From the human T2T-CHM13v2.0 reference genome, Homo sapiens, in the NCBI RefSeq assembly GCF_009914755.1, contig NC_060928.1: a stretch of 64,000 nt of DNA; one strand, written 5' to 3'. Numbering within the stretch: position 1 is the first letter of the stretch; each line of letters begins with the position of its first letter. Both the position numbers and the translations under genes were made by a program. Of the stretch, positions 29,352 to 44,430 are shown one piece after another. Under the pieces are notes generated by a model. It made no database searches. It was not told the origin of the DNA and saw only the letters and a program-made list of their open reading frames with translations.

Positions 29352-29531
29352 TGAGACACAGAAGTTAATTAACCAACTCAAAGTCACTCATCAGATCCCA
29401 TAGTGATAGAACCTCTGATTTTGGATTAGGCACATGGCCCCTCGGAATGAAGACTACATTTCCCGGCTTCCTTTGCAGCCAGGTACAGACATGCGGCTAA
29501 GATCTGGCCAATGGGATATTAAGTGAAATGG
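29352..29531 (+). repeat. 180-bp direct copy of 28481-28660
   Basis: 13 substitutions and no indels by manual alignment. Confidence 0.95.
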
Positions 29532-30749
29532 TAGAAAACTTTACATAAATTATTTGCAGTTAGCATTAGGTGGCTTGCCAACTGCTACACCCTCCTATCC
29601 CTCCCAGAGGTAATCTTTCCCCTTGTCCTGGCACCCTGGCCCTTTCCTACTGACTCATCCTCTGCCAAAATAGAAAAGAATCTGACATCTGGAAACCATC
29701 ATTATCTATGACATCCCAGCTTCCTTTTTCCTATCCCCTTTTTGCCTAGTCTGACTGTACCAAGGAAGGTCCTCCTATTCCTAGGAGGTGCCTCAGGCGG
29801 AAGTACCAATTTTCATTCCCTCCTGAGGTATGCAGTAAAATCCAGGCTCTGCCACTTAATTAGCAGTGCTTACCAGCTGTGTAACCGCAGTCGAGTCTGT
29901 AAAAAACTAAAATACAAATAATAACAGATATCACAGAACTGTTGGTTGAATAACACAAGACGACACCTGCAAATTGATCTGGCTTATAATAGACATTCAA
30001 TAAATGGTCCTTCTCTGCATTTAATTGACTCTCCCCTTCCTTTTTTGCCCTTTTTCTTCTGAGCACATAAAGCACCATCTCCACATTCTAAGTCGTAATT
30101 CCTCTTATTTCCCTACCCTCAACAACCTAGATAGGTTTTAGACAATACCTTATGTCCCATAATTGTATCTTACATTTTAAACATCTTAGCACATTAGTAA
30201 TTCATTGGCCTGAAAGGATGTGGGGAATAGTGGTTATAGGCACCCAGAAAGTACTGTAACTATTGTTGTAGGAGAGACTGCCTCCAGAATTACAGGTCAG
30301 GGATGCTTGGCCTGTCAATGGAATACTACAGCATCCTCAGCTTTTTGTAGCTGTCTGGTGCAGATGGAACAGTAAACACTCCATAAATATGTATTGAATA
30401 AGTAAATAAACTAAATAATAAATTGTACCCTTTTCCTACATTGATCACCATCACCCCCTGTAATTGCATCCAAAAATAAGTAGCTTAGTTCAGATTGTAG
30501 ACTACAAAAACATACACAGTTCAGATACCCTTAACCTCCCCATTCTTTAACGATTCCCAAATAGTCTGAATCATCACGTTGCTTAAACATTGGAGGTGCC
30601 AGATTCTCTTCCCTGTGTCTTACCCTTGACCACTTCTTTCTGTGAGTCCCTGGAATTCCATATTCCACAGGCCTGTCCTGGTTGATGTTTGTCCCTTTGA
30701 GTGGCACATCCCTGTCTACCCTGGCATAAATCATTTAAAAGGGAATCAC

Positions 30750-30955
30750 AATGTTGGGAACATGGACTTTGGCATCAGACAACTTAGGTTTGAAAGTGTA
30801 TTTCATATTCCTGTGTCTCAGTCTTCTCATCAACAAGATAGGAATACCGCATTATCGGGCCATTTGAGGAATCTATGAATGCACATTGGTAAGGCACTTA
30901 GAAGGGTGCCTGGCACATGGTGAGCACCACCTAAACGCTAGTCATCCATTATTGT
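30750..30955 (+). mobile_element. MIR
   Basis: gaacatggactttggcatcagac...tgtgtctcagtcttctcatc...gtgcctggcacatggtgagcac. Confidence 0.8.
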
Positions 30956-31834
30956 TGGTATCTGGGCCTGCCAAGTAGTCCCACAAAGTAGCCCCTCCCC
31001 AACCAGTCTGTACCAAAAATAGATCACAGGCTCATCAGAAAGGCAGAAAGTACTTCTCAATCCTCCACAGGGCAGCTTTTCAGGTTGCAAAAAGTTAAGA
31101 TCTTCTCCCCATCAGGCACCCTACTCTATCACAAAAACAAGAACACAGTTCAAGAGGCTTACTGATTTTAGTGAACGATTAACATTTAGAGAATTTTAAA
31201 GAAAAAAAAATTAGAGAATTTTAAAGAATAAAGGAAGACATTGGCCATCTGGCAACACTACTTCCCTTGAGGTATCTATCAAAACCACTGTCCTCGACTC
31301 AGCTAAACTGTAGCAATGATTAGCAAATCATAGATTGAGTCCATGTAGATATTAGGGTTTTCATCCTTTAGCTTATTTATTTAACTAATGACTCTCCTTC
31401 AGAGCAACCGAGAGAACATTAAAAGAGCAATTGTTGATCATGATAAAGTTTGCCAACATTTGTTCTATTCTTCCTGAGTCAAATTCATATAAGGTTTACT
31501 TTTTTCTTAGTGGCTTTTAGAAAACAGCACCCTTTTCAATAGGCAAACTATGATTGCAAACAGACATATCAATGGGCATAATCCCTTATAATACCAAAAA
31601 CCAACACACATTGGGCAGTTTACGGATGTACACTATCATACCTCCACCCAACTGCAACGAGCAGAGCATTGTACCATTAACATGGCATAGTGCACTAAAA
31701 TAAAAGCTTTCGCGGAGTTGAAAGCGAAGATGAACTTTGAAACTAGGACAGAAAACTAGTAGAAAACTACCTCTTTCATTAGAATTGTGTTGGGTATTTT
31801 GTATGGAAAGAGAACAAGCTTGGATTGAGAATCA

Positions 31835-32093
<259 letters not shown>

Positions 32094-32247
32094 TTAGGTC
32101 AGAGAAAATAATATGAAATTAACACATATATTCCAATAGCTAATAAAATTTTATCCTTTCAAGCAGCAAGTCACTGTTAGCATTATTTTTTGTACCTCCA
32201 GAATCTTCAAACATGATATCACTGTTTGATATTGACAGAAAAACTTT

Positions 32248-32556
<309 letters not shown>

Positions 32557-33799
32557 GACAGAAAAACTTTCTATCCCTGCAGTTGTCAATTATGTGACAC
32601 ATCTTCCAGGGGGAAGCCAGCCAAATAAAACCCAAGCTGAAGATATCACATGGAGACACAAATCATGCCTGATTCACTCCATTGCTAGATGTGAGGATCT
32701 CGATACCTGGGTCTTCAAGAACTTTTAGCACAATGAATTTCAAACGGACACTCCCAAGTTAATATAGTCACTAAAGATTTCACATTTAGTCAGTTTCCCT
32801 TTGCTCTTAAAACCATATTTCCTTTCTGTACTTTTTTCTTATGTTACTCAAATTAGGAAGTATTCAGGTCACACCAAAGCTTCCCCATCATTTCACTAAG
32901 AGGATAGGGTAGTAAGGAGAAATTGAAAGTAGGGAGGGGGAAATTGCCCCCGTTATGGTGGGGGCACCTCACCTATCCCCTGGGGGGACAACCACAGTTT
33001 CAGTTTTTTATTTGCTATTTTACTTCTAGGAAGTCTCCATCTATAAATACCTCCTCTTTAATCCCCCAAATTCCAATATCTCTGAACAGTTTCTTTCTTT
33101 GTTTCTCTCTCTCATCTTCTTTGCTTTCAATGAATTTGTTACTTGTAAAACAAAATTATTCAAAGACAGTTTCTACAATTACTTTTTTTTTTCCTTAAGA
33201 AACAGCAGTAGCTGTCAGCAAACCAAATTGGCTTGATCTTCCAAGCAGACCTGAGACGAAAGGGTAGTTCCGTTTCTCTTACTAAGATTAGGAACCGAGG
33301 TGTTAAGGGTAGCAAGCAGAGATGTTCCCTCTGAAAGCATTTCAGCTCTTCTTAGACCACCTCACCATCTAATGCAAATTTAAACGGTCTTCATTAGGAA
33401 GTATTAGTTCCCTTTTTAACCTCAAGCATCAATGCCATTTTTCATAGGCAATTGCTATAACTGGATCCTAGGCTGACAATACACCAATAAAGTAGGCGGT
33501 TGTTTCATGGGTGTAGTTATAAGGGTATCCACCTTCTGAAAATCCCACTGATGAGGTACTTTCCTTGAATTAAGGCACAGTTTTTCTTTAAATGTGCAAA
33601 TATGTATGTCAGAAAGCTTTATTAACCCATTATTTATCTACTGGATCTTCTTCAGTTCCTTTAACTAATTATGACAGAAATGAAGACACTTGAAGCTCCT
33701 ATCTCCAACTCCCATTGCCCCAGTGAGGCCTCATCATCCCTCACCACCGCAATGGATACCTCAACGATCTGCCAGCACTCAGGTCCTCAGGTCCTACTT

Positions 33800-34109
33800 G
33801 TTTTTTTTTTTTTTTTTTTTTCGACAGAGTGTCACTCTGCCACCTGTTACCCAGGCTAAAGGGCAGTGGCACAACCTCTGCTCACTGCAACCTCCAGCTC
33901 CAGGTTCAAGCAATTCTCCTGCCTCGGCCTCCTGAGTAGCTGGGACTACAAGTGTGCACCACCACGCCCAGCTAATTTTTTGTATTTTTAGTAGAGATGG
34001 CATTTCACCATGTTGGCCAGGCTGGTCTCGAACTCCTGGCCTCAAGTTATCTGCCTACCTCAGCCTCCCAGAGTGCTTGGATTACAGGCCTGAGCCACCA
34101 CACCTGGCC
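33800..34109 (-). mobile_element. Alu (old S or Jb)
   Basis: Antisense dimer; TSD aggtcctactt/aggttctactt. Confidence 0.94.
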
Positions 34110-34277
34110 TAGGTTCTACTTCCTAAAGTTAGAGTTATTGCTCAAAGTAAAAAATGTGACCGTATCACTGCAGTATAATACCCAGGTTCCATATGTTTCC
34201 ATCCACGGCCTTCGTAACCCACCTTTTACCTTTGTAGCCTTTGCCCCCATCACACGCACCTACACTGGGATTATAGA

Positions 34278-35110
34278 AAACCATTTAACCCAAATCCCTT
34301 TGCTTTCATTTGCTTATGTGATTTCTTTCAGCAAGAATTTCCTTCAAACACTACAGCCAATCTTCCACTAGTCAAAATCCAACTGATTCTTCAGGACCAA
34401 GTCAAAATGTCATTTCCTTAATAAATCTGTCAGAGCCCCTTTTTTCCCCTCTCTCCCCATCATTTACTGATGAATCTGTTTTTAATCCAATAATATTGGA
34501 TGATGTCCCCCTCCAAAGGACATTCAGCAATGTCTAGGGACCTGTCTGGCTATTACAACTGGGGGTGGGAGCTACTGGCAGCTAGTGAGTGGAGTTCCAG
34601 ATGCTGCTAAACATCCTACAATGCACAGAACAGCACCCCTTGACCCCCCAACAAAGAACCATCATCCCAAAATGTCAACAGTACCACAGTTGAGAAACTC
34701 TGGGTTAAACAAATGCGCTTACTACTGCTCCACCTCCAAGGCCCACTAAACTGAAAGGTATTAAAAAGGATCAAAATTTGAAAAAGACCAAAGTATAGGA
34801 GAAGAGACACCAGTGAGCCAGAGATGCACAAATTTTTGCATATGGAAAGTGATGGTGAAATTGATAACTGACTTAGAGTGAAGAAACCATTTAACCTAAA
34901 TCACTTTGATTCCTATCTGCTCATGCTGTTTCTTTGACCTAGAATTTCCCTCTACATTCTAATATTCCAGCCAATCTTTCAATAATCAAAATCCAAGGGT
35001 TTCTTCAAGACCAGTCAAAATGTCAATTCCCTTGTAAATCTTTCAAAGCCCCCTTTTCTCCCTTCTTTCTATCACCCACTGATAAATTTATTTTTCTAGA
35101 CATCCAATAA
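34278..35110 (+). repeat. Old ~220-bp direct duplication (34278-34493 / 34884-35110)
   Basis: Collinear shared blocks aaaccatttaacc, cagccaatctt, tcaaaatccaa, agtcaaaatgtca, atccaataa. Confidence 0.75.
34505..34702 (+). mobile_element. MER20 (hAT-Charlie)
   Basis: gctactggcagctagtgag...gatgctgctaaacatcctacaatgcacag...gttgagaaactctg. Confidence 0.9.
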
Positions 35111-35639
35111 AAAATGACGAAGAAAATGAAAGTGAAAAGTTAAAGAAAGTGGGATCTTAGGGCAAGGAGAAAGTGTCAAAAAAGCAAGCCAACTCAGATG
35201 GCAGCACCCTGGAAAGGCTCTGAAACTGGAAGCCCCCCTTGGCAATTATGTAGTGAGGGTAGGACTGAATATTAGGATTGGTTCAAATTGTAATGAACAG
35301 TAGTCAGATCCTCAGATGCCTACCTTCACCCTAAAGAGTCAGGAAGCTCCCCCACTAGGCTTATTCTCCAGAGTAGCCAAACCAGAGGGTTCTGTGGAGG
35401 ACAGAAGGGAAGCAGGAGCATCTTGTTGAAGTCAAAAGGGTACCAAGTGCATTCTGAACAATGAGACCCACAACTGCCTTCCCCCACTTTATAGAACTTA
35501 CCATTTAAAAAAATAAATGTAGAAATACTGGCACTCAGGGTCCCATCTAGCCACCTTTTGGTCCATCCCACAAATCAATAAATCCTGTGCAGATAGATAC
35601 ACAGAGCTTGTTTAGCTTTTTAGTGCCTCACTTTTAACT

Positions 35640-36300
35640 CTAAAAGGACAACCAAGGATCATCAGACATTTGAGAAGCAAACATGAAAGATAGAGCCCAA
35701 AAACCGAGGAAACAAAGAAATGGAAAAGGAACTCAGAAGAAATAGACAATGTAGGTAGAAGGGACAAAAGAAAACTTGAGAATGACTCCAAGTTATATTC
35801 TCGAAGAGAATTTGTTTCCATTAAGCAAAAAAAGGTTTATGTTTTTAAAGGAAGGAAAAAAAATGGAGAACAGCCAAAAAGAACTCTTAGAAATTATATA
35901 CATATATATGAACATTTAAAATGTAAGTGATTGGAAAATAACGTTGAAAAAATCTTCCAAGAAAGTAGAATAAAAAGATATAGACGGAAGAGAGAAAAGC
36001 TAAGAGACCCAGAGGATCAAGAAAGGAGGTTCAACACCCAAGTAATATGAGTTCTAGCAAAAAAAGAACAGCAAAAAGGGAGGGAAGAAAATTATTAAGG
36101 CAATACTGCAAGAATATTTTGCAGAACTGATATATTTAAAGAGGCTACTCAGTGCCTAACACAATAAATAACAACAACAAAAAAAAACCCCTACCAACAT
36201 ACATATCATTGTGAAATTTCAGAGTTCTGTGGGTAGAAAAAAAGATGTTAGAAATTATCAGAAAGGAAAACTTGGTCACATATAAAAGATAAAACATTAC
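35640..36300 (+). mobile_element. Ancient HAL1/L1M ORF1-like remnant
   Basis: A-rich; gaggatcaagaaaggaggttcaac...caagaatattttgcagaactga...atcattgtgaaatttcag. Confidence 0.6.
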
Positions 36301-36502
36301 TTTAGGGAGTTTCAATTCCTGTTAGAATGTAGTAAGTGGCAAGACATGGTTACTCTTATACTAACAATGAGAAAAAGCCAGGAAAACTACAAGACGATCA
36401 TTTACTAGACCCACTCTAGAGCTGAGAATGCAAAGAAACCTAACTGAACTAAATTCCAGAAAGCACTAAGTTTTTCATAATTTGCTTACATCCCAGGAGA
36501 TC

Positions 36503-36845
36503 TGTCTTAGTCTGTTTGGGCTGCCGTGACAAAATATCTTAGACTGGGTGATTTGTGAACAACAGAATTTTTTTGTTTACAGTTCTGAAGGCTGGAAAGT
36601 CCAAGATCAAGACACCAGCAGATATGGTGTCTGGTGAGGGCACCATCTGTTCCTTACATGATGGAAAGGCAAGAAGAGGCTAACATGCTCCTTCCAGTCT
36701 CTTTTATAAGGGCGCTAATGCCATTAGTAGAGCTCTGCATTCATTACTTAATCACCTCCCAAAAACCTACCTCTTAATACGTTGCCTTGGGAGTTAGGAT
36801 TCAATATATGAATTCTGAGGGGTTATGGGCATTCAGACCATCGTG
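36503..36845 (-). mobile_element. MST/MLT1A-type solo LTR
   Basis: tgtcttagtctgtttgggctgcc...aaagtccaagatcaag...cattcagaccat. Confidence 0.85.
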
Positions 36846-37576
36846 GGATTGGTGGGAGGAGGAAGAATGTGCCATAGGTAGGAATGAGAAGAAGTTAGCT
36901 GAATTGTCAACAAAACTTGAACAGCTGCATATGGACTATCAAGACAGCAGCATCCCCAGGATCTCAGCCTTACAGCAGAGCTGCACCTACCTGCCAGCTC
37001 CTTCCACATCAAGTGCATGGGGTTAGCACGTCGATGTCTGGGGACAGAGCAGGAGAGCTGAGAGAGATTGTTCCTGTGGAGAAGCAGGGCAGGTGAACTG
37101 AGATAGAACTCTCCAAAGCCCTCTGAGCCTTCACCAATCTTTAAGCCTTCACCATCCTGTCTGCAGCAGGCTGAGACGGGACCAAAGAAATCTTTTCAGG
37201 GCACTGCTATACTCTCCCAAGTGCACCACAGCAACCCTCAGGGGCTGGGACAAGATGAAAGGTCTGAGAGAGAGAGGTGTTTGAAGGCATGAACATCCAG
37301 GGGTAAGACTGACCAGCAAAGAGAATTCCCCAGCAGCCCCAAAAGCTGGCAGTCAGGTTATAAAGCAGAAAGAGATCACTTGCAGTTTAGAAAGCTGACC
37401 AGTTAACTACAGAGCATAAAGGGATCCCTGGAGTCTCATTGGCACTTAGAGATCTGCTGAAGGGGAAGTCCTCATATTGTCTTAATGATATCGGAGGCCA
37501 GTGGTGACTTATATCTAACTGAAGTTACAAACGAACCCAGACCTAGAACAACTACACATGAGATTGACCTCACCCC

Positions 37577-37580
<4 letters not shown>

Positions 37581-37611
<31 letters not shown>
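37581..37611. repeat. (CA)n microsatellite
   Basis: Seen directly. Confidence 0.97.
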
Positions 37612-37613
<2 letters not shown>

Positions 37614-37659
37614 TCAGCATGACAGAAGGTGGTGCCCCTCATAGGAGAGGTGCTAAATG

Positions 37660-38470
37660 GAAGTACATGATGGTAAAATCCGTGCATTGTTTGAGAAGTA
37701 ACAGAATATTTGAATGTAGACCATAACAACTTAAAGATGGATGTCTAAATCCTAGAGCAACCACCAAAAAATAGCACAAAGATATGAGTAAAACAAAAAT
37801 ATAATAAAGGAAAGGAAACGATCAGTTAAAAAATAGTTGGTTCACTCAAAAGAAGGCAGGAAATAAAGACAACAAAGAACAAAGGAGACAAATATTAGGA
37901 TGACAGACTGAAACCCAAACTATCAATAATTAGGTTAAATGTAAATAGATTAAACAATTCAAGTAAAAGGCAGAAATAGTCAATCTGGATAACACAGCAG
38001 AGCCCACCTGTATACTGTTTACAAGATAAATATTTTAAGTATAAAGACTCAGACTTGTGACATATAAAGTAAAAGAGCACATGCAAAAGATAGTTATAAG
38101 AAAGCTGGCTTGCTATATTCATATCAAGGTAGACTCCAAGGCAAAGAGTAATACCAGAGATGAAGAGAGACATTTCATAATAATCAAATAATTCATTAAC
38201 CAAGAAGGTCTAACATCTTGAACATGTATGCAACCTAATCACAAAGCATCAAAATACATGGAGAAAACATTGATGAGTCCCAATCATCCGTAAAGGCAGA
38301 AATTGATTAATCACAGTCATAGTTGGAGATTTAACACTTCTAGATAAAACTGGTAGACAATGAAAAATCAGAAAGGCTATAGAAGATTTGAACAGCACTA
38401 CCAACCAATTTGACCTTATTAACATGCGTGAAATACTAACTACATTAAACATCTGCAGACCACACACATT
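37660..38470 (+). mobile_element. Ancient L1M inter-ORF region and ORF2 endonuclease remnant
   Basis: ttaaatgtaaatagattaaacaattc...catagttggagatttaacac...gaagatttgaacagcact. Confidence 0.8.
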
Positions 38471-40124
38471 CTAAGAAAGGGTTCAGAGAGGAGAAGGAAC
38501 GCTGGAGGAAGGAAGACCAAGCAGGTGATGGCTGAAGAAGAAATTTAACTGGTAGGAAGTGTGGAAAACCAAAGTGTTGAATAGAGAGTGCGATGTAAGC
38601 CCTTTTCTCCTTCTCCTCGTTAAATGTCTACATTACTCGATGCACTCTACGAGGTGGACTTTGTTTTGGAGATATGAAAAGGTAGACTCCTATTTTGTGG
38701 TTGTTGTGGGGTGAAACTAGAGGCTTCCTGTGAGAAGTCAACCATATCGGGCTATGGTTCTGAGTCCCACCCAGGATGTTTAAGGCAGAGGAGCCACTTT
38801 CAGCTCAGACACAAGACAGGTGAATGCCTTCATCATGACTGCCAGAGAGGGAGGAGGCCAACCTGGCACCACCATGGAGGTCCTCAAATCTACCACCCTG
38901 GCAGAGGCGAGCTGTGAGATGGCCCTGGCTTTTGTGGGACCACCTTCTGAAGGTCATCTGGAACTGGATGAGAAGTGCTCACGGATATAAGGTTAGGAGC
39001 AGTTTCTCCAAGAAACTCCCTCATAAAACCACAGGAAGATGGTGTTTGAGCTAGTTTTGATGGAGACACTTAAGCTCTTGAGAAACTGGATTATTTCCTG
39101 GAAGGGGAAACAGGACCACTGCAGAGAGGCCTGAGTGAATTTCACTCCCTGGCTCCAGCCTCATCTGCTGCTGCAGGTTGACCTGGAGCCTGGAGTCCTT
39201 CTGTGGGGCTTACAGTGCAGCCAGCACTGCCCGAAGCTGTAGACACTTAGGGAAGGGGTGAGTACTACCAAGGTGAGGACTACTTAGGCAGCCTTGTGTT
39301 GTGAGTAGACTAAGCAGCAGAAATGCTACAGAGTGGGCCAGGCCCAGGGGTGAAGAAGCAACAAATCAGTGGAATGTTTGCAATGTTTTGGTCTTAGGAA
39401 TTATACCAGGCCTCAAAGTCACAAAGCCTCTCTGTGGTCGAACGCCAGCCAGCCCTCACACAGGCATATGGTGGTGTGGGGAGATGCTGGGATCCATGTG
39501 GCAAGCTCCTGACCACACATCAACAGAGGGGTCAAAGACCCTCTGTGTCAGACTTGAGGAACTTGTAGAGAGTCATAAGCTGGGTAAATACAATTTTGAA
39601 AATCAGGCCTAGGGGAGTGTTTATAGCAAAATAGCAAGAAGAAAAATTTAGGCTTCACCAGCAACCGGGAAGGCTCCTAGATTCTCCTTGACTGTGGAGG
39701 AAAAGGTTGAAAGGAAGACCAAGGTAAGGAGACTCAAAGGGAACGGAAATCTTAAAGGGTTATTGGTTAAGTTGCTCACTGTCTGGTACATGATGGAGCC
39801 ACCCTGTGCCATCTGCCTCTTACAAGCCTCAGGAAAGTCTAGAAGGTTCCTTTGGCTGGAGGAGAAAATGGGAGGCTGAGCCTTGTGGGCTTCAAGGCTG
39901 CCACAGTGGAGCTACACATGGATTACACAAATCACAGGGATCCACTTTGTGGAAGGAAATCCACTTTCTCCATTTTTTAACATTGACAGAATCCTAAAAA
40001 TTAAATAGATCAATCTATGAAGTACGCAGCTCATTTGGAGCTCATGACAGACAAATGAAAATGCAAGGGCAAAGAAAATACACCAAATGCTGTCAGAAGC
40101 TGAGCCAACCATATTCTCTTGTCC

Positions 40125-40811
<687 letters not shown>

Positions 40812-41314
40812 TCCTCCACGCACAGCATCTTCTTTCTGCTAAGTTCCTGGAAAACACCGTTGTCGTTCTCTAGATCATAAACCCTGCATCTGTTTATGCA
40901 GATATCTGAGATTTTTCCAGATATTTTCTCCCTTGTATCCTCTGTTTCTATGAAGGTAAAAAACATGTTCTTCTAAATCTTATCTGACCTCTCCAGACTG
41001 TCTTTTCAGAGACAGACTTCCTGAGAAATGCATGGCTCCCCTACATGCTACAGGTTGTTTTACTGTGATTTCATTTAGTCCTCTAGAAAAAGCCAAGAAA
41101 CCTGAAACCTATATCGGCAAAAAAAAAAAAAGGACTGTCTTTTACATCTTTCAGACATTCTAACCTGTCATGACCCTCTTTCAGCCCCCGCCCCACCTCC
41201 AATCCAACCCACCCAGTAAGACTTTGGGAACTTATCTGAGAACACCCTGGAAGGGTTAGAACACACAACTGTGTAGCACCATGTACAGCACATGGCATAA
41301 AGAAGGATGAAGAT

Positions 41315-41621
<307 letters not shown>

Positions 41622-42149
41622 AAAGAAGGATGAAGATGACAGAGCAATTCACAGGGCTGAGAAGAAGAGTAGCCCCAGGAAATAGTAAGTTGATGTGAGA
41701 GCCCAGAATAGAGAAGACAGCCAGAGCAGCCCCTATGGAGCAAAGGTTGTAGGAAAGCCTTCTAGAAACATCACCTGAGTTGTGAGGATCTTGCTTCTTT
41801 TCAGCCATATCTCCACCAACCTCCTTACAAAAAAAACCTACACTCTAACCAATAGTAGTTATCATTCCCCAAACTCACTGTGCTTTCCTCTTTGCCTCAG
41901 CTGAAATCCTCACCTCTGTGTGGAATATTTTTTCTGCCCCAACCTCAACCTATTGAAATTCTATCCTTTCATGAAGATCAAGTTCTATTGTTGCACGAAG
42001 CCTTTAGTCATCATCACAGTTGGGAAGTCTTCCCCCAGTCAGAGCTCTCAGTGTATTTCACTGATGCCTCTTTCCCTGAAAGATTTGCATAGAAATGGAA
42101 GAGACCACCTGCTAAAGGGGAACTACAATGCGTTTTGGTGCGATGACAA

Positions 42150-42560
42150 TGATGAGGAGTATTTGCTGAGCATTTACTACACATCAAGCACTTACTCAAT
42201 GCATTTCTCATTTATCCTTCATAACCCTCGAAAGTGGCTATTATTATTTGTCCCATTTTACAGAGGAGGAAATAGCAGCTCATGGACACTTGTCACATAA
42301 CAAGACAGTGGAAGAGTCAGGATTCAAACACAGATTTGCATGACTCCAGAGCCCATGTTCTCAGCCACTACAGACTTGGGTCCTAAGATCAATTATAGCA
42401 GTTACTTGCTTTGCAACTTTATATAACTCCATCTCTCTGAATCTCACTTTCGTCATCTGTAAAATGGAATGATAGTACCTTGTTGGGGTTAGCATGAGGA
42501 TTAAATGAGATTACTTGTCTAAAATACCTTGCAGAGTGTGAGCTGTCTTGATAATTTATG
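42150..42560. mobile_element. Two adjacent MIRs in opposite orientation
   Basis: Minus: cccattttacagaggaggaa...gactccagagccca; plus: ctctctgaatctcactttcgtcatctgtaaaatgg. Confidence 0.75.
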
Positions 42561-42806
42561 GTGCGTATAACTGGTGGTCTCCCTTTCTAGAATGTAAGCT
42601 TCTACAGAACAGAAAATGAGTCTTATTCATCTGGTATTTCCCTCAGCCCGTAGCAGAGTGATTGGTGCACAATACTTACCAATGGAACACATTATTTATT
42701 TTCTTCCCTAATAGGCTTTAAAAACAGAGTCTTTCTGAAATGGATTTCAGGCCATCCTGGGCTAGGTTGAAGCATGGGACACAAAATCTCTTCTAACCTA
42801 AGATTC

Positions 42807-43060
42807 TTTTTTTTTTTTTTTCTTGAGATGGAGTCTCACTCTGTCACCCAGGCTGGAGTGCAGTGGCACGATCTCGGCTCACTACAACCTTTGCCTCCCA
42901 GGTTCAAGTAATTCTCTACCTCAGCCTCCCGAGTAGCTGGGATTACAGGCACCTGCCAACATGCCTGGCTAATTTTTGTATTTTTTGTAGAGACCGGATT
43001 TCACCATCTTGGCCAGGCTGGTCTTGAACTCCCGACCACTCACCTCAGCCTCCCAAAGTG
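42807..43060 (-). mobile_element. AluS with 5' deletion or truncation
   Basis: Antisense dimer ending cctcccaaagtg. Confidence 0.93.
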
Positions 43061-43186
43061 GCCTTTGACATTCTAATCCAGAAACTATTCATGGAGAATG
43101 TTCTCTCTCCCAATTACTTCCTAAATCCCAAGAGAATTTCATGCAATACTGTTAATATTTTGTCTTTCTCAGAGCTAGAGTCAAAT

Positions 43187-43523
43187 AGGGTAACCAACCA
43201 CCTTGGTTGGCCTGGGTCTGTCTCAGTTTTAGAACTGAAAATCGTCAGCTGGGCGTGGTTGCTCACGCCTGTAATCCCAGCACTTTGGGAGGCTGAGGCA
43301 GGCAGATCACCTGAGGTCAGCAATTCGAGACCAGCCTGGCCAACATGGTGAAACCCTGTCTCTACTAAAAATAGAAAAAAAAAAAAAATTAGCTGGGCGT
43401 GGTGGCACATGCCTTTAATACCAGCTAGTTGGGAGGCTCAGGCAGGAGAATCACTTGAACCCAGGAAGTGGAGGTTGCAGTGAGCCAAGATCTCACCTCT
43501 GCACTCCAGCTTGGGCTCTGCCT

Positions 43524-43556
<33 letters not shown>

Positions 43557-43620
43557 CAGCCCAGAAAACCCCTGAGATGGATTTCAGGCTCTGGCAAACT
43601 GGGAGACAGTTGGTCACCCT
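43187..43620. mobile_element. MER94-like hAT-Blackjack MITE split by an Alu
   Basis: TIRs agggtaaccaac / gttggtcaccct. Confidence 0.8.
43247..43554 (+). mobile_element. AluSx-type
   Basis: Full dimer with long A tail. Confidence 0.95.
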
Positions 43621-44140
43621 ACAGTTGAACAAAAAGATTCATGATCATATAACAATAATTGATTGAATACTTACTGCATATCAAGTATGATGCATATACT
43701 TTATAGGTGGACTTTCAACCCAATTCTGCCTGCAACTCTAGAAGCTGATGATTCTGTGGAAGCAGATGTAACAATTCACAGCACAGACCTTAAGGAAATT
43801 CTTAGGAGAGGATTAACCTTCAGAAAGAATTGAAATAGTTTTCCATAGATTCCTCTCACATGTGGCATTGGAGGGGCGCAGGTGTTCATATTTGCTTTCC
43901 CCAGAAGTGGCAGAGGGAGGAGCCAAGCTTCCTGTTGTCTGTTTTTAATCTCACTCAACTACAGGTTCTCCTTTATACATCTTCATAAATCCTACATCAC
44001 CCTTCATATAGGCAGTCCTTGATTTGCACAGCAGCACAGGACCATCAAAATGACTGTGCAAGCTGAAACCATGCTAAGCAGTCTTACTCATCAATGAGAA
44101 AAGTTACATTTCTTTTATGATATTTAAACTTTTTTTTTCA

Positions 44141-44430
44141 GACTGGACATGGTAGTTTATGCCTTTCCTTTGGGAGGCCAAGACAGGAAGATCATTCGAG
44201 CCAGGAGTTTGAGGCCAGCCTAGGCAATATAGCGAGACCCTGTCTTTACAAAATAATTTAAAAATTAGCTGGATGTGGTGGCACGCGCCTGTCGTCCGCT
44301 GCTTGGGAGGCTGAGGCAGGAGAATCACTTGAGCCCAGGAGTCTGAGGCTGCAGTGAGCCATGATCATGCCACTGCTCTCTAACCTGGGTGACAAAGCAA
44401 AACCCAGTCTCTAAAATAATGAAAATTAAG
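44141..44430 (+). mobile_element. AluJ
   Basis: ctaggcaatatagcgagaccc and ttgagcccaggagtctgaggctgc. Confidence 0.92.

Noticed and set aside
38480-40110. Unassigned purine-rich 1.6-kb stretch with several plus-strand GTGAG donors and short ORFs
   Set aside because: No recognisable protein, repeat family or consistent exon boundaries
42735-43590. 18-nt near-repeat ctga.atggatttcaggc at ~42735 and ~43572
   Set aside because: Too short to call a duplication confidently
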